64,000 nt of DNA from Firmicutes bacterium UBA5509 (GTDB taxonomy: Bacteria > Bacillota > Proteinivoracia > UBA4975), in assembly GCA_002423965.1 (NCBI GenBank), contig DIOR01000027.1:117958-181957 (forward strand), written 5' to 3'. Of this stretch, positions 32,898 to 42,800 are shown in pieces. The translations under genes and the position numbers were made by a program. Below the pieces are notes generated by a model, which saw nothing but the letters and a program-made list of their open reading frames with translations, searched no databases and was not told the DNA's origin. Position 1 is the stretch's first letter. The number at the start of each line of letters is the position of its first letter.

Positions 32898-35594
32898 ATG
32901 AGGATGAAATGGGATACGCGTTTCGCTCTATGTCTTGCTATTATTAGCATGTTGCTGCCCGGCTTGTCATTTTTTACACCTCAATATGCCTCAGCCGCTG
33001 ATTACTTTGCGGGAGGGGCAGGAACAGCGTCACAACCCTTCATTGTCACCACCCCAGAACATCTTGATAATGTCAGGTTATTTCCCGACGCCTATTTTCT
33101 TCAGACGGCAGATATTGACCTAACTGAGCACAATTGGCAGCCCATCTGTTTTTCTGCCGATCCCTTCGTAGGCGAGTATAACGGTGGCGACCACACCATT
33201 TCCAACCTGAGCCGAGTTGGTGAAGATATTGTTAACTTCGGCCTGTTTGGACGCATTGGTGCAGGTGGAGTGGTCAAGAATCTCCGGCTGACTAACTTTA
33301 CTATCGATGTCTGGTTTACAGCCGGCACTCTTGTCGCCGAAAACTTCGGCACCATCGAAAACTGCATAGTTAAGGGGGGTTCAGTGACCTGCGCTGGACC
33401 TAATGCAGGTGGCTTGGCAGGCAGGAACCATGGGATGATTAAAAACTGTTCCGCCGATGTCAGGGTCAGCGGAGTAAACTCTGCAGGTGGCTTAGTAGGA
33501 ATTATGGACGGCGGTGTCCAACCCATAATAGAAACTTCTTACGCACTAGGGAATGTAAGTATAGTTGAATATAGTGCCGGTGGCCTGGTAGGTACTTTTT
33601 TTCACGGAACCATTTCCTATTGCTTCGCCCAAGGAGAAGTATCTGGTGACACTAGGGTAGGGGGATTGGTGGGGAATTCTAACGCACAGATAACCAACTC
33701 CTTCGCCACTGGTAAGGTCACTGCAAATTCATCTAGCGGCGGGCTGGTTGGCGCATCAAATAACGACATAATAAACTGTTATTCTATTGGATCAGTAAGT
33801 CAATCAGACATGTGTGGGGGCTTAATTGGCTGGCATTCCGCGGGCACAATAACTGCTAGCTACTATAACTCTGACACCTCAGGTCATTCTGATGAGGGAA
33901 AAGGTATTCCCAGGACCACAGCAGAAATGTATGGTAGCCCATCTCCATATATCTTCGCTAATTGGTCCAGCGACTACTGGAATTTTAGCGTCCCCAATCA
34001 ATACCCAATGTTAAACTCCCTGTCGGGAACCCTTAAAACTACCATCGCACCCTTGGGAGCTGTATATGCGGGGGCTAAGTGGAGCATTGATGGAGGCCGC
34101 TCATGGCTAGATAGCGACACCGAGCACTGTGTGGCCCCCGGCCGCTATCCTATTCTTTTCAAAACCATTCCTGGGTGGAACATCCCCACAGGAAAAACCA
34201 TAGTGAATGTAGATTTGTCGGAAAATGCAACAATAACCCGAAGCTATTCCCCCAAGCAATACATAATCGCCGTCGATATTTCACCAGCAAACAGTGGTAG
34301 CATTAGCGGTACGGGGATCTATTATTACGGCGATACTGTTTCCCTACGCGCCGAACCGGAAACTGGATTTCAATTCCTCCATTGGATGGAAGATAAAAAC
34401 ATCGTATCTACATCCCCAACACTAGAGTTCGTGGTGGATAATAGCCATAGCCTGAAGGCTGTATTTATACCCGCGGAATATTCTGTTTCCGTAAGCATTA
34501 CCCCCCCTGGGGGAGGCTCAGTTTCCGGGGCCGGGACATACGGTCACGGCTCAAGCATTACCCTAGAAGCCACACCTAGTCCAGGCTTTCGCTTTGTCAA
34601 CTGGACAGAAGCAGGCAGTGAAGTAAGTAGTGAAGCTGTCTATACATTCTCTGCCAGTGCTAACCGTGTCCTCAATGCGAACTTCGAACCCTTCGGTACC
34701 CAGCGGATTGCCGGTTCAAATCGCTATGGCACTGCCATTGAAATCAGTAAGCAGGGCTGGCCAAAAGGGGCTGGCACTGTCATCCTTGCTCGGGGAGATG
34801 ACTACGCAGATGCCCTGGCAGGAGTGCCCCTTGCTTATCAGCTGGATGCCCCTATCCTTCTCACCCGCACTAACGTCCTTACCGGTTCCACCAAGGAAGA
34901 AATAATTCGCCTGGGAACAAATAAGGTGATCATCCTGGGGGGCACTGGTGCAGTCTCCGATGCAGTGGCCCAAGAACTGGTTGCTATGGGGCTCATTGTG
35001 GAACGAATTTCCGGTAGTGGGCGCTATGGCACTGCCGCAGAAATTGCCCGGGAAATGGCTAAGGGCGGGCCCATCAATACCGCCTTTATCGCTGTTGGCA
35101 CAAATTTTGCCGACGCCCTTTCCTCCAGCTCCTATGCGGCTGGGACCGGCCGCCCTATACTCCTGGTACAAACCACTAGGATCCCCGCTTCCACAGAAAC
35201 TGTCCTTCTTGAGTTGGGGATTACTAAGACCTATGTTATTGGCGGGGATGGAGTAATAGATGAAACCGTCTTTAATCTGCTACCGGGAGCAAAACGAATC
35301 TCAGGCAGCAATCGCTATAGCACCGCCATTGCCCTTGCGGAAGAATTCCTTCCTGCGGGAACAAAGCAGGCATTCATTGCTACTGGTCTGGACTTTCCTG
35401 ATGCCGTTGCTGGCGGGGTGCTGGCAGCCAAGCATAGTTCTGGTGTGTTATTGGTGCGAGGAGATCTTCCCGCCCCAAATCAGGCCGTTCAAGATTTTCT
35501 TCAAACCAAGGGAATTGCTTTTGCCAGTGTCTTTGGAGGCCCTGGTGCTGTATCCACATCATTAGAACAATGGTTAAAGGATAATCTCAGATAA
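32898..35594 (+). CDS. cell-wall-anchored surface protein: GLUG-motif domain + InlB-B-like repeats + 3 C-terminal CWB2 repeats
   Basis: Signal peptide. At least five GG(L/I)(V/I)G GLUG motifs (AGGLVGIMDGG, AGGLVGTFFHG, VGGLVGNSNAQ, SGGLVGASNND, CGGLIGWHSAG). Two FQFLHW / FRFVNW repeats. Three CWB2 repeats beginning RIAGSNRYGTAIEI, RISGSGRYGTAAEI and RISGSNRYSTAIAL. Confidence 0.8.
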   Translation: MRMKWDTRFALCLAIISMLLPGLSFFTPQYASAADYFAGGAGTASQPFIVTTPEHLDNVRLFPDAYFLQTADIDLTEHNWQPICFSADPFVGEYNGGDHTISNLSRVGEDIVNFGLFGRIGAGGVVKNLRLTNFTIDVWFTAGTLVAENFGTIENCIVKGGSVTCAGPNAGGLAGRNHGMIKNCSADVRVSGVNSAGGLVGIMDGGVQPIIETSYALGNVSIVEYSAGGLVGTFFHGTISYCFAQGEVSGDTRVGGLVGNSNAQITNSFATGKVTANSSSGGLVGASNNDIINCYSIGSVSQSDMCGGLIGWHSAGTITASYYNSDTSGHSDEGKGIPRTTAEMYGSPSPYIFANWSSDYWNFSVPNQYPMLNSLSGTLKTTIAPLGAVYAGAKWSIDGGRSWLDSDTEHCVAPGRYPILFKTIPGWNIPTGKTIVNVDLSENATITRSYSPKQYIIAVDISPANSGSISGTGIYYYGDTVSLRAEPETGFQFLHWMEDKNIVSTSPTLEFVVDNSHSLKAVFIPAEYSVSVSITPPGGGSVSGAGTYGHGSSITLEATPSPGFRFVNWTEAGSEVSSEAVYTFSASANRVLNANFEPFGTQRIAGSNRYGTAIEISKQGWPKGAGTVILARGDDYADALAGVPLAYQLDAPILLTRTNVLTGSTKEEIIRLGTNKVIILGGTGAVSDAVAQELVAMGLIVERISGSGRYGTAAEIAREMAKGGPINTAFIAVGTNFADALSSSSYAAGTGRPILLVQTTRIPASTETVLLELGITKTYVIGGDGVIDETVFNLLPGAKRISGSNRYSTAIALAEEFLPAGTKQAFIATGLDFPDAVAGGVLAAKHSSGVLLVRGDLPAPNQAVQDFLQTKGIAFASVFGGPGAVSTSLEQWLKDNLR

Positions 35595-35600
35595 ACGAAT

Positions 35601-35638
35601 GGCTACAGGCCCCTGCACAAGCAGGGGCCTGTAGCCAT
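35601..35638. terminator. bidirectional rho-independent terminator (16-bp perfect stem)
   Basis: GGCTACAGGCCCCTGC-ACAA-GCAGGGGCCTGTAGCC between the convergent genes. Confidence 0.6.
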
Positions 35639-35670
35639 TTAAAATACATTCCTTCTTGCCATGAGGTCAG

Positions 35671-36972
35671 TTAGCCCCTTAACAGGCTAAACATGTTCTT
35701 CTTGTAGGCTTCTACCCCAGGCTGGTCATAAGGATTAACGCCTAGAAGAGTAGCACTGATAGCGCATGCCTTCTCCATAAAGTAGAAAAGATAACCCAGA
35801 TTCCATTCATCCATATCTTCCATGGTCATAACCAAGTTGGGAACTTTCCCTTCTTCAGTGTGAGCCTTCAAGGTTCCTCTGAACGCACAGTCATTGACAA
35901 AGTCCATATCCTTGCCGGCAAGGTAGTTCAGCTGGCCCAAATCCCCAGGCTCCCGGGGAATCAACATCTTCCTGCGAGGGTTAGTTACCTTAATTACCGT
36001 TTCAAACAATAGCTTAGTCCCCTCCTGGATAAATTGGCCCAGAGAATGCAGATCAGTTGAGAATAAGCCCGTAGCCGGGAATAATCCCCTGCCCCCCTTG
36101 CCCTCGCTTTCCCCAAACAGTTGCTTCCACCATTCACAAAAATATTGCAGTCTAGGCTCATAGCTCACCAATAGCTCCACTGCCTTGCCCTTACGGTAGA
36201 GGATATTGCGGATTGCAGCGTACTGGTAACAGCAATTTGAGAAAAGATTGGGATCGAGGAAATCCTCTCTTGCTTGCATCGCGCCCTTCAGCAAGGCGTT
36301 AATATCTATTCCCGCCGCTGCCATGGGCAGCAGCCCTACCGGAGTGAGAACAGAATACCTCCCTCCAATATCCCTTGGGATAACAAAGGTAGTATAACCC
36401 TCTTGCTCCGCCAAAGCCCTCAGAGCACCTGTTTGAGCATCGGTGGTAGCATAAATGCGTTTCTTTGCCTCTTCCCTACCATACTTACTTTCCAGCAATT
36501 CTTTAATGATCCGGAAAGCAATAGCAGGTTCCGTTGTCGTCCCGGATTTGGAGATGATATTTACGCTAAAATCCATCTCCCGCAAAACATCTAAGAGATC
36601 TGCATGGTAGGAGCTGCTAACATTGTGTCCAGCAAAAAAAACCTTAGTGGCATTCCCCATGAGGTTGTAGAAGCTGTGACCCATTGCTTCAATTGCCGCC
36701 CTAGATCCCAGGAAGGAGCCACCGATGCCTATAACCACTAGGGCGTCAGATGTGGCCTTTAATCTTTCCGCTGCTTTTCTTATCTCTGGCACCTGGGCCA
36801 GTGCAATTTCGGGGAGATCCAGCCAGCCCAAGTACTCGGAACCAGGTCCTTTTTTTTCTGTCAGCAGATTATGAGCTGCAATTACTGCAGGCTGGAGAGC
36901 TAGGATATCGTCTGCCTTAACAAAATTATCGATACCAGTAGTATCAAGAAGTAGGCTTTTCATGTTCAACAC
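35671..36972 (-). CDS. pgi: glucose-6-phosphate isomerase
   Basis: 433 aa with [14 protein letters not shown], the sugar-isomerase-domain hallmark, and overall bacillus-type PGI similarity. Confidence 0.95.
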   Translation of the reverse strand: MLNMKSLLLDTTGIDNFVKADDILALQPAVIAAHNLLTEKKGPGSEYLGWLDLPEIALAQVPEIRKAAERLKATSDALVVIGIGGSFLGSRAAIEAMGHSFYNLMGNATKVFFAGHNVSSSYHADLLDVLREMDFSVNIISKSGTTTEPAIAFRIIKELLESKYGREEAKKRIYATTDAQTGALRALAEQEGYTTFVIPRDIGGRYSVLTPVGLLPMAAAGIDINALLKGAMQAREDFLDPNLFSNCCYQYAAIRNILYRKGKAVELLVSYEPRLQYFCEWWKQLFGESEGKGGRGLFPATGLFSTDLHSLGQFIQEGTKLLFETVIKVTNPRRKMLIPREPGDLGQLNYLAGKDMDFVNDCAFRGTLKAHTEEGKVPNLVMTMEDMDEWNLGYLFYFMEKACAISATLLGVNPYDQPGVEAYKKNMFSLLRG

Positions 36973-37070
36973 CCCTTACCATCACAATATAATACTTATT
37001 TTGCCCCTGCATCCCATAAAAACTATACACATACAGCTAGGAATTCTCTGTTTAGATTATTTTTCCTGCA

Positions 37071-37102
37071 AAGAAAGGGCCGCCCCCCCCGGACGGCCCA
37101 TG
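37071..37102 (-). terminator. rho-independent terminator downstream of CWB2/CarboxypepD_reg gene
   Basis: On the minus strand a GGGCCG...CGGCCC stem is followed by TTTCTTTGC. Confidence 0.4.
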
Positions 37103-37206
37103 ATAATTACATGCTTAAGATCTTCCAAGACCCTTTCGGGCAGGTATCATGCTGCTTGGCGTAGCATGGGGTAAGTTCCAGCGGGGACAATAGCATTCAG
37201 TGCTTA

Positions 37207-39657
37207 TTATCTCACGACAACATTTACCTCAACATTGCCGGTAACGGAAAACCCTCCTGTATTGTAGAAATAATCGACAGGGTTAATAGTATAGCTGTAG
37301 TTTCCCTCAGGCAAGTAAACCGTCAATTTCCCCGCACTGTCAGTATATCCGGAGGCCCTAAAATCACTTTTGTATGCATATACCGACGCACCTTGTTGTG
37401 GTGTGCCATCTTCATCAATGACAAAGAAGGTGACTTCATATAGCTGATCTGGAGTATCCAGGACAATGTCCAGCTCAGCGTCAGAGGGGACAGAAAACTC
37501 ACCATGGCTATCAAAGAAACCGTCGGCTCTGACATTGTAATCATAGTCTCCCGCTGGAAGATTCAGTGTCAAATTCCCTAAACTGTCGGTATACCCGAAG
37601 TCCGAATAATCGTCTTTGTAAACGGTAACTAAGGCCTCCTCTATTGGGTTGCCATCCTCATCAGTGACAGAGCAAACGACTTCATATAGCTGACTGGGGA
37701 TTACCAGGACAATGTCCAGCTCGGTGTCAGAGGAAACAGAAAACTCACCATGGCTATAAAAGAAACCGTCGGCACTGACTTCGTAATCATAGTCTCCCGC
37801 TGGAAGATTCAGTGTCAAATTCCCTGAACTGTCGGTATACCCGGAGGCCGAATAATCTCCTCGGTCAACATAAATCCTAGCACCCGCGATGGGGTCAGTA
37901 TTTTCATCTCTTACAGTAAATGTTACTTCATATAGCCGTTCCAGGACAATGTTCAGCTCAGCGTCAGAGGAAACAGAAAACTCACCATGGCTATAAGAGA
38001 AACCGTCGGCACTGACATTGTAATAATAGTCTCCTTCAGGTAAATTCAGTGTCAAATCCCCTGAACTGTCGGTATACCCGGAGGCCTCATAATCTTCGCG
38101 ATCAGCATAAACCCAAGCATCCTTGATGGGGTCACTATTTTCATCTGTTACAGTAAAAGTTACTTCATACAGCGGACCCACAGATTCTAGGACAATGTTC
38201 AGCTCAGCGTCAGAGGAAACAGAAAACTCACCATGGCTATAAGAGAAACCGTCCGCTCTGACAGTGTATTGACAGTCTCCTTCAGGTAAATTCAGCGTCT
38301 TTTTCCCTGAACTGTCGGTAAACCCGAAGTCCCAATAATCTCCACTGCTAACATTAATCTCAGCATCCTCGATGGGGTCACTATTTTCATCTCTTACAGT
38401 AAATGTTACTTCATAATTCTGGCCTAGAACTATTATGCTCAGTGCGGAGTCACCGGAAACTGAAAACTGCCCATCCGTTCTTAAGAAACCGTCGGCTCTG
38501 ACATTGTAATAATAGTCTCCCGCTGGAAGATTCAGTGTCAAATCCCCTGAACTGTTGGTAAACCCGAGGACCCAATAATCTCCTCGGTCAACATAAATCC
38601 TAGCACCCTCGATGGGGACACTATTTTCATCTGTTACAAAAAATGTTACTTCAAATGTTACTTCATATAGCAGGTCTAGAACGATGCTCAGTGCGGAGTC
38701 ACCGGAATTAGAAAACTGCCCAGACGTTCCGAAGAAACCGTCGGCACTGACATAGTAATCATAGTCTCCCGCTGGAAGATTCAGTGTCAAATCCCCTGAA
38801 CTGTCGGTAAACCCGTAGTCCGAATAATCTCCTCGGTCAACATAAATCCTAGCACCCTCGATGGGGACACTATTTTCATCTGTTACAGTAAATGTTACTT
38901 CAAATGTTACTTCAACCTGTTGTAGCCAAGCTGTCAGCTCCTGCTCTATTTCTTCACTTACAGCCCCTGTGCCGCCAAATATAGTGGCTTTTTGCACATT
39001 GTTTTCATTGATATAAGACTCCACAACTTCAGGCACAATTTTAGATACCAGTAGCAGACCAGCATCATTCTTCGCTGCTAGCACGCCACCGGCTATTGCA
39101 TCAGCAAATTCGCTGCCTGTAGCAACATAATACCTGGCATTACTGGGTTGAAAAAATGTAGCAAGTTCTGTAGCTGTTGCATAGCGATTATTGCCAAAGA
39201 TTCTTTCCGGATTTATCAGTTGTGCCATCACTCCGTCACTGATCACACCGGTACCCCCTACAACATAGGAAGCTTCAGGAGCTAAATCAGTGAGAGCAGA
39301 CTGGGAAGGGTTTGGAATTCTACTGTCGGTGCATAAAATAATCGGATAACCCAATCTGGCAGCATAAGCAGAAGCTGCTAAAGCATCCGGAAAATCCAAA
39401 CCGTTGGCAACAATGACCTTGTTACTATAGGTTCCATCGGTTTGCATCCGACGGGCAACCTCACCTGCAGTATCGAAGCGGTTACTGCCAGCGATTCGGT
39501 CGGTGGTCAAATTCATCACATTGTTTAGCACATCTTCTACAGCCTTGGAAACTGCGCCTTCGCCATTGTGAAAGGGTTCACCTGCTAAAATATATAAATA
39601 ACCAAAATAATGGAACAGCGGAAGAGAAAACTGGAGAAACCAGCCTCGGTGAGCCAA
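37207..39657 (-). CDS. cell-wall-anchored protein: 3 N-terminal CWB2 repeats + about 8 tandem carboxypeptidase-regulatory-like (CarboxypepD_reg) domains (TTG start)
   Basis: CWB2 repeats begin RIAGSNRFDTAGEV, RIFGNNRYATATEL and a third. The C-terminal two-thirds is a tandem array of about 85-aa units (YEVTFTVTDENSxPIEGARIYVDRGDY..GYTDSSGDLTLNLPAGDYDYxVSADGF). The N-terminal segment is hydrophobic but not a classical signal peptide. Confidence 0.8.
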   Translation of the reverse strand: MAHRGWFLQFSLPLFHYFGYLYILAGEPFHNGEGAVSKAVEDVLNNVMNLTTDRIAGSNRFDTAGEVARRMQTDGTYSNKVIVANGLDFPDALAASAYAARLGYPIILCTDSRIPNPSQSALTDLAPEASYVVGGTGVISDGVMAQLINPERIFGNNRYATATELATFFQPSNARYYVATGSEFADAIAGGVLAAKNDAGLLLVSKIVPEVVESYINENNVQKATIFGGTGAVSEEIEQELTAWLQQVEVTFEVTFTVTDENSVPIEGARIYVDRGDYSDYGFTDSSGDLTLNLPAGDYDYYVSADGFFGTSGQFSNSGDSALSIVLDLLYEVTFEVTFFVTDENSVPIEGARIYVDRGDYWVLGFTNSSGDLTLNLPAGDYYYNVRADGFLRTDGQFSVSGDSALSIIVLGQNYEVTFTVRDENSDPIEDAEINVSSGDYWDFGFTDSSGKKTLNLPEGDCQYTVRADGFSYSHGEFSVSSDAELNIVLESVGPLYEVTFTVTDENSDPIKDAWVYADREDYEASGYTDSSGDLTLNLPEGDYYYNVSADGFSYSHGEFSVSSDAELNIVLERLYEVTFTVRDENTDPIAGARIYVDRGDYSASGYTDSSGNLTLNLPAGDYDYEVSADGFFYSHGEFSVSSDTELDIVLVIPSQLYEVVCSVTDEDGNPIEEALVTVYKDDYSDFGYTDSLGNLTLNLPAGDYDYNVRADGFFDSHGEFSVPSDAELDIVLDTPDQLYEVTFFVIDEDGTPQQGASVYAYKSDFRASGYTDSAGKLTVYLPEGNYSYTINPVDYFYNTGGFSVTGNVEVNVVVR
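37250..38930. repeat. tandem DNA repeats, about 245-250 bp period, 7-8 copies, inside the 37207-39657 gene
   Basis: The phrase acagaaaactcaccatggctataa(g/a)agaaaccgtcggc(a/t)ctgac recurs near 37490, 37735, 37970, 38220, 38460 and 38710. Confidence 0.8.
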
Positions 39658-39818
39658 TTGATCGAAAATGCTGCATAAATATGCTGGCCCCCGTTATTAA
39701 CGAGGTCCAGCCAAAATTTTAACTTATTGCACCTGTCTGCTAGGGAGCAAATCATAGTTCTGCTGTAAGATGTATATTTGCGACTGTTTGGTCGGGACTG
39801 GTTATCCGACCAGCAACG

Positions 39819-42800
39819 TCAGCGAATTGCCACCTGAGCTTTAGCAGCATACTGGCGTCCGATCAGTTCCTCTATTATTGAGGCAACATCATCATTAACA
39901 GCCCCTGTCCCTCCGAATACTGTAGCCCACATGCATCCGCTTTCGACAATGTAGTCCTGGACACTGGCAAAGGCCCGGTCAGGATGAACCAGCAGCAACC
40001 CGCTGTTGTTCTTAGCAGCAAGCACACATCCGGTAATTGCATCAGCAAAATCCAGTCCAGTAGCAAAGTAAACTCCGCTGCTTGCTGGAGCAAAATACTT
40101 CGCTAACTCCACAGCTGTTGAATATCTGTTTGATCCCGAAATCCTGACAGCTGAACTAAGCTGGCTCATCAGTTCATCGCTGATTACTCCACTGCCGCCC
40201 ACGAGAATGAAATCCTGTATGTTCAGTTCGGCAATAACTGCTTTCGTGTCTTCCGTTAATCTGTCGGTGCGCACCAGCAGAATTGGGTACCCTGCCATCG
40301 CAGCATAAGATGCTGAAGCTAAAGCATCGGGGAAGTCGAGGCCATAAGCAAGAATAGCCTTATGTGCCGAACCAGAAATATCTGTAAGCTTCTTGGCAAC
40401 CTCAGCAGCTGTAGCAAAGCGGTTTTTCCCGCTGACCCTTTCTACTTCAACATGCAGTTCACCCCGCAGGACTTGGGCTACAGATTCTGAAACCGCGCCC
40501 TCGCCCCCAAGGATTATGACCTTGCTTGCTCCCAGGCGAATAATCTCCTCCCTGGTTACTGCAGACAGCCGATATGTCGATGTCAACAATATAGGAGCAT
40601 TATAAGCAAAGGCTAAGGGAACTCCAGCCAGGGCATCGGCAGAATTGTCTCCCCTGGCAAGCACTACCGTTGTTGATGAATCCCATCCTTCTTTGCCAAT
40701 TGCAGCAGCTGTAGCATAGCGGTTGGACCCAGCGACTCTGTGCATAGCATCCAGGAAGGATACTGTTCTGGTAGAAATAGTGGAATCAGGTATGCCGGCC
40801 TTTACTGCCACAGCACAGATGATACGTTCAGTTGCCTTGGTGGTTCCGGGTGTCAGTGAAAAAGGTCCCGTAAACAGCAATCCAGTTGAGGAAGTAGGCA
40901 AACTCCCATCGGTGGTGTAATATATATTCACTCCCGGGGTGCTGCAACTAATAGTCACTGTAATAGCGCATGGGAGATAGGTATCCAGGTCCGGTTCAAC
41001 GGATATAACCGGCTGTGCAATAGAAGTCACAGGTTGCCCGCTTATGGCTATCTGGGTTTCCCCGTATACATTGGAACTGTCAGTTGCCGTCGCTCTGACA
41101 GTGACAACTCCGTTGTCAATAGCGGTAAGCAAGCCGGTCTCGGTAATTGTTGCATATTCTGAGCCACAGCTGAGAGACCAGATTACTGATTTATTTGTGG
41201 CATTTTCGGGTTCAACTCTTGCATGCATTTGCAAAGTGCCACTTTCAGTGGTAATTTCTGTTGCGCCAGCAGAGACAGTTATAGAGGTAACAGGGATAAA
41301 ATCAAATCGGTCCTCTATTACAAAATAATCCGAATCCTGATAGCTGTCTTCTCTTGTCAGTGACATATAAAGCAGAGTCTCTGATTTTTCATCATTTATC
41401 CCGAGGGTCTCGGCAGAGAGCGTAAAAGTAACGGCCTGCATATCCCACGCGTCCAGACTGTCAATTGTTTCTTGCGCAAGCAAGTCGCCTGTTTCGCTGT
41501 CTTTGCTGAGGGAGAGAACAAGATTGGCAACAGAGGTAAAACCGTAATTAGCTACATTAGCTGTTACTTGATAAGTCTCTCCGAATTTGAATACATTTAC
41601 CTCGTCTATTAACACTGTATTTCTCTCAATATTTATTTCCCTGAAATTATCCATCGTATCCACATCTTCTTGCTCAGGGATAGTGACCATAACTCTAACG
41701 GTATGATTAGCCAAAGTCTCTACACTATCGGGAAGATTGTACATGACATATGCAGCCATTGTTTCCCCGGGTAACAGATTCTGATATATGTTAAAGCTGT
41801 GCAACACCTCGTCTTCACTATTGAGAACTTCTATATATACAGACTCAATTGGTTCGGTGCCGAGGTTGCTGATTGGGAAATCTAACTGAATACTGCTGCC
41901 AGGTATGACATCTCCGCTGGTGTATGTTACCTCGCCCAGAGAAATATTAAAACAGTTTCCCTGATGCAGGAGACATAGGTCTGTCATACCAATCACTATA
42001 CTTGTGTCGGTGATAGAATGCGGAGTGCGCGCAAAGGCCACGTATAGCTGCCCCTCTTCATCAAGAAAGCCACTGAAACCTGTTATTTTTTCACCCTCAT
42101 AAGTTACTTGAATCGGCTTTTCCCAATTCTGATGCACCTGATTGAAGGCAATGCTCCATAACTCAGCAGTCATTTCATCATCCTGGCTCCAAACAAGTCT
42201 AACCTGTCCAATTTCGTTGGTAAGGACAATGAAGTTGTCCTGATCCAAATAAACATCTGTGCCGACAGTCTCAATAACATACAGACTATCATCTAAGTCT
42301 TTGATGTAACTTATAGTGCCGCCACTGTACCAATAGAGTTGAGAGCAAGAAATAACAGGGTTGGAGTCCAATACCGCATTATCTGTTATACGTTGCAGGA
42401 TTTCGTCTTTATACAGATAAATCTCACGGTCAGTGTAGTCTGAAAGATCGTTATCCATATCCACAGATAAGGCAACAACATGCTGTCCGCCCACATAACC
42501 AGCAGATAAGGATGCCACAGAATTGATGTTTTCTGCTATCGCATCGGGAGTGCTCCAGACTGTTCCGTCGAAAAACACCCTGTAGATAGTGTTGTTCCCT
42601 TCGGTGCCCATGGACGAACATTCATCATTATTAATCCAGGTGACACTGACCTCAGCGCCCTCAATTGCTACTGCAGGGTCAGAATCCAGTCCTTCCTGGG
42701 AGATGTGTACCACATCGACAAACTCGGTGCCGTCAAAACGTGCACAGGCAATATCCAGTGAAGCCAAGAAATCTTCCAAAGATGTTTCTTCGGTCATAAC

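Noticed and set aside
35671-36972. pgi as part of the surface-protein island (horizontal-transfer cargo?)
   Set aside because: The gene is a standard housekeeping PGI with its own terminator and promoter spacers. Its position between CWB2 genes is more simply explained by surface-protein genes having inserted or expanded around a core gene.
39657-39700. Possible out-of-frame signal peptide for the 37207-39657 gene (ATG about 17 nt upstream, MQHFRSIGSPRLVSPVFSSAVPLFWLFIYFSR)
   Set aside because: The peptide is not a convincing signal sequence. The in-frame N-terminus (MAHRGWFLQFSLPLFHYFGYLYILAG) is itself hydrophobic enough to act as one. Unlike the giant gene at 39819-45959, no clean signal-peptide ORF exists in another frame.
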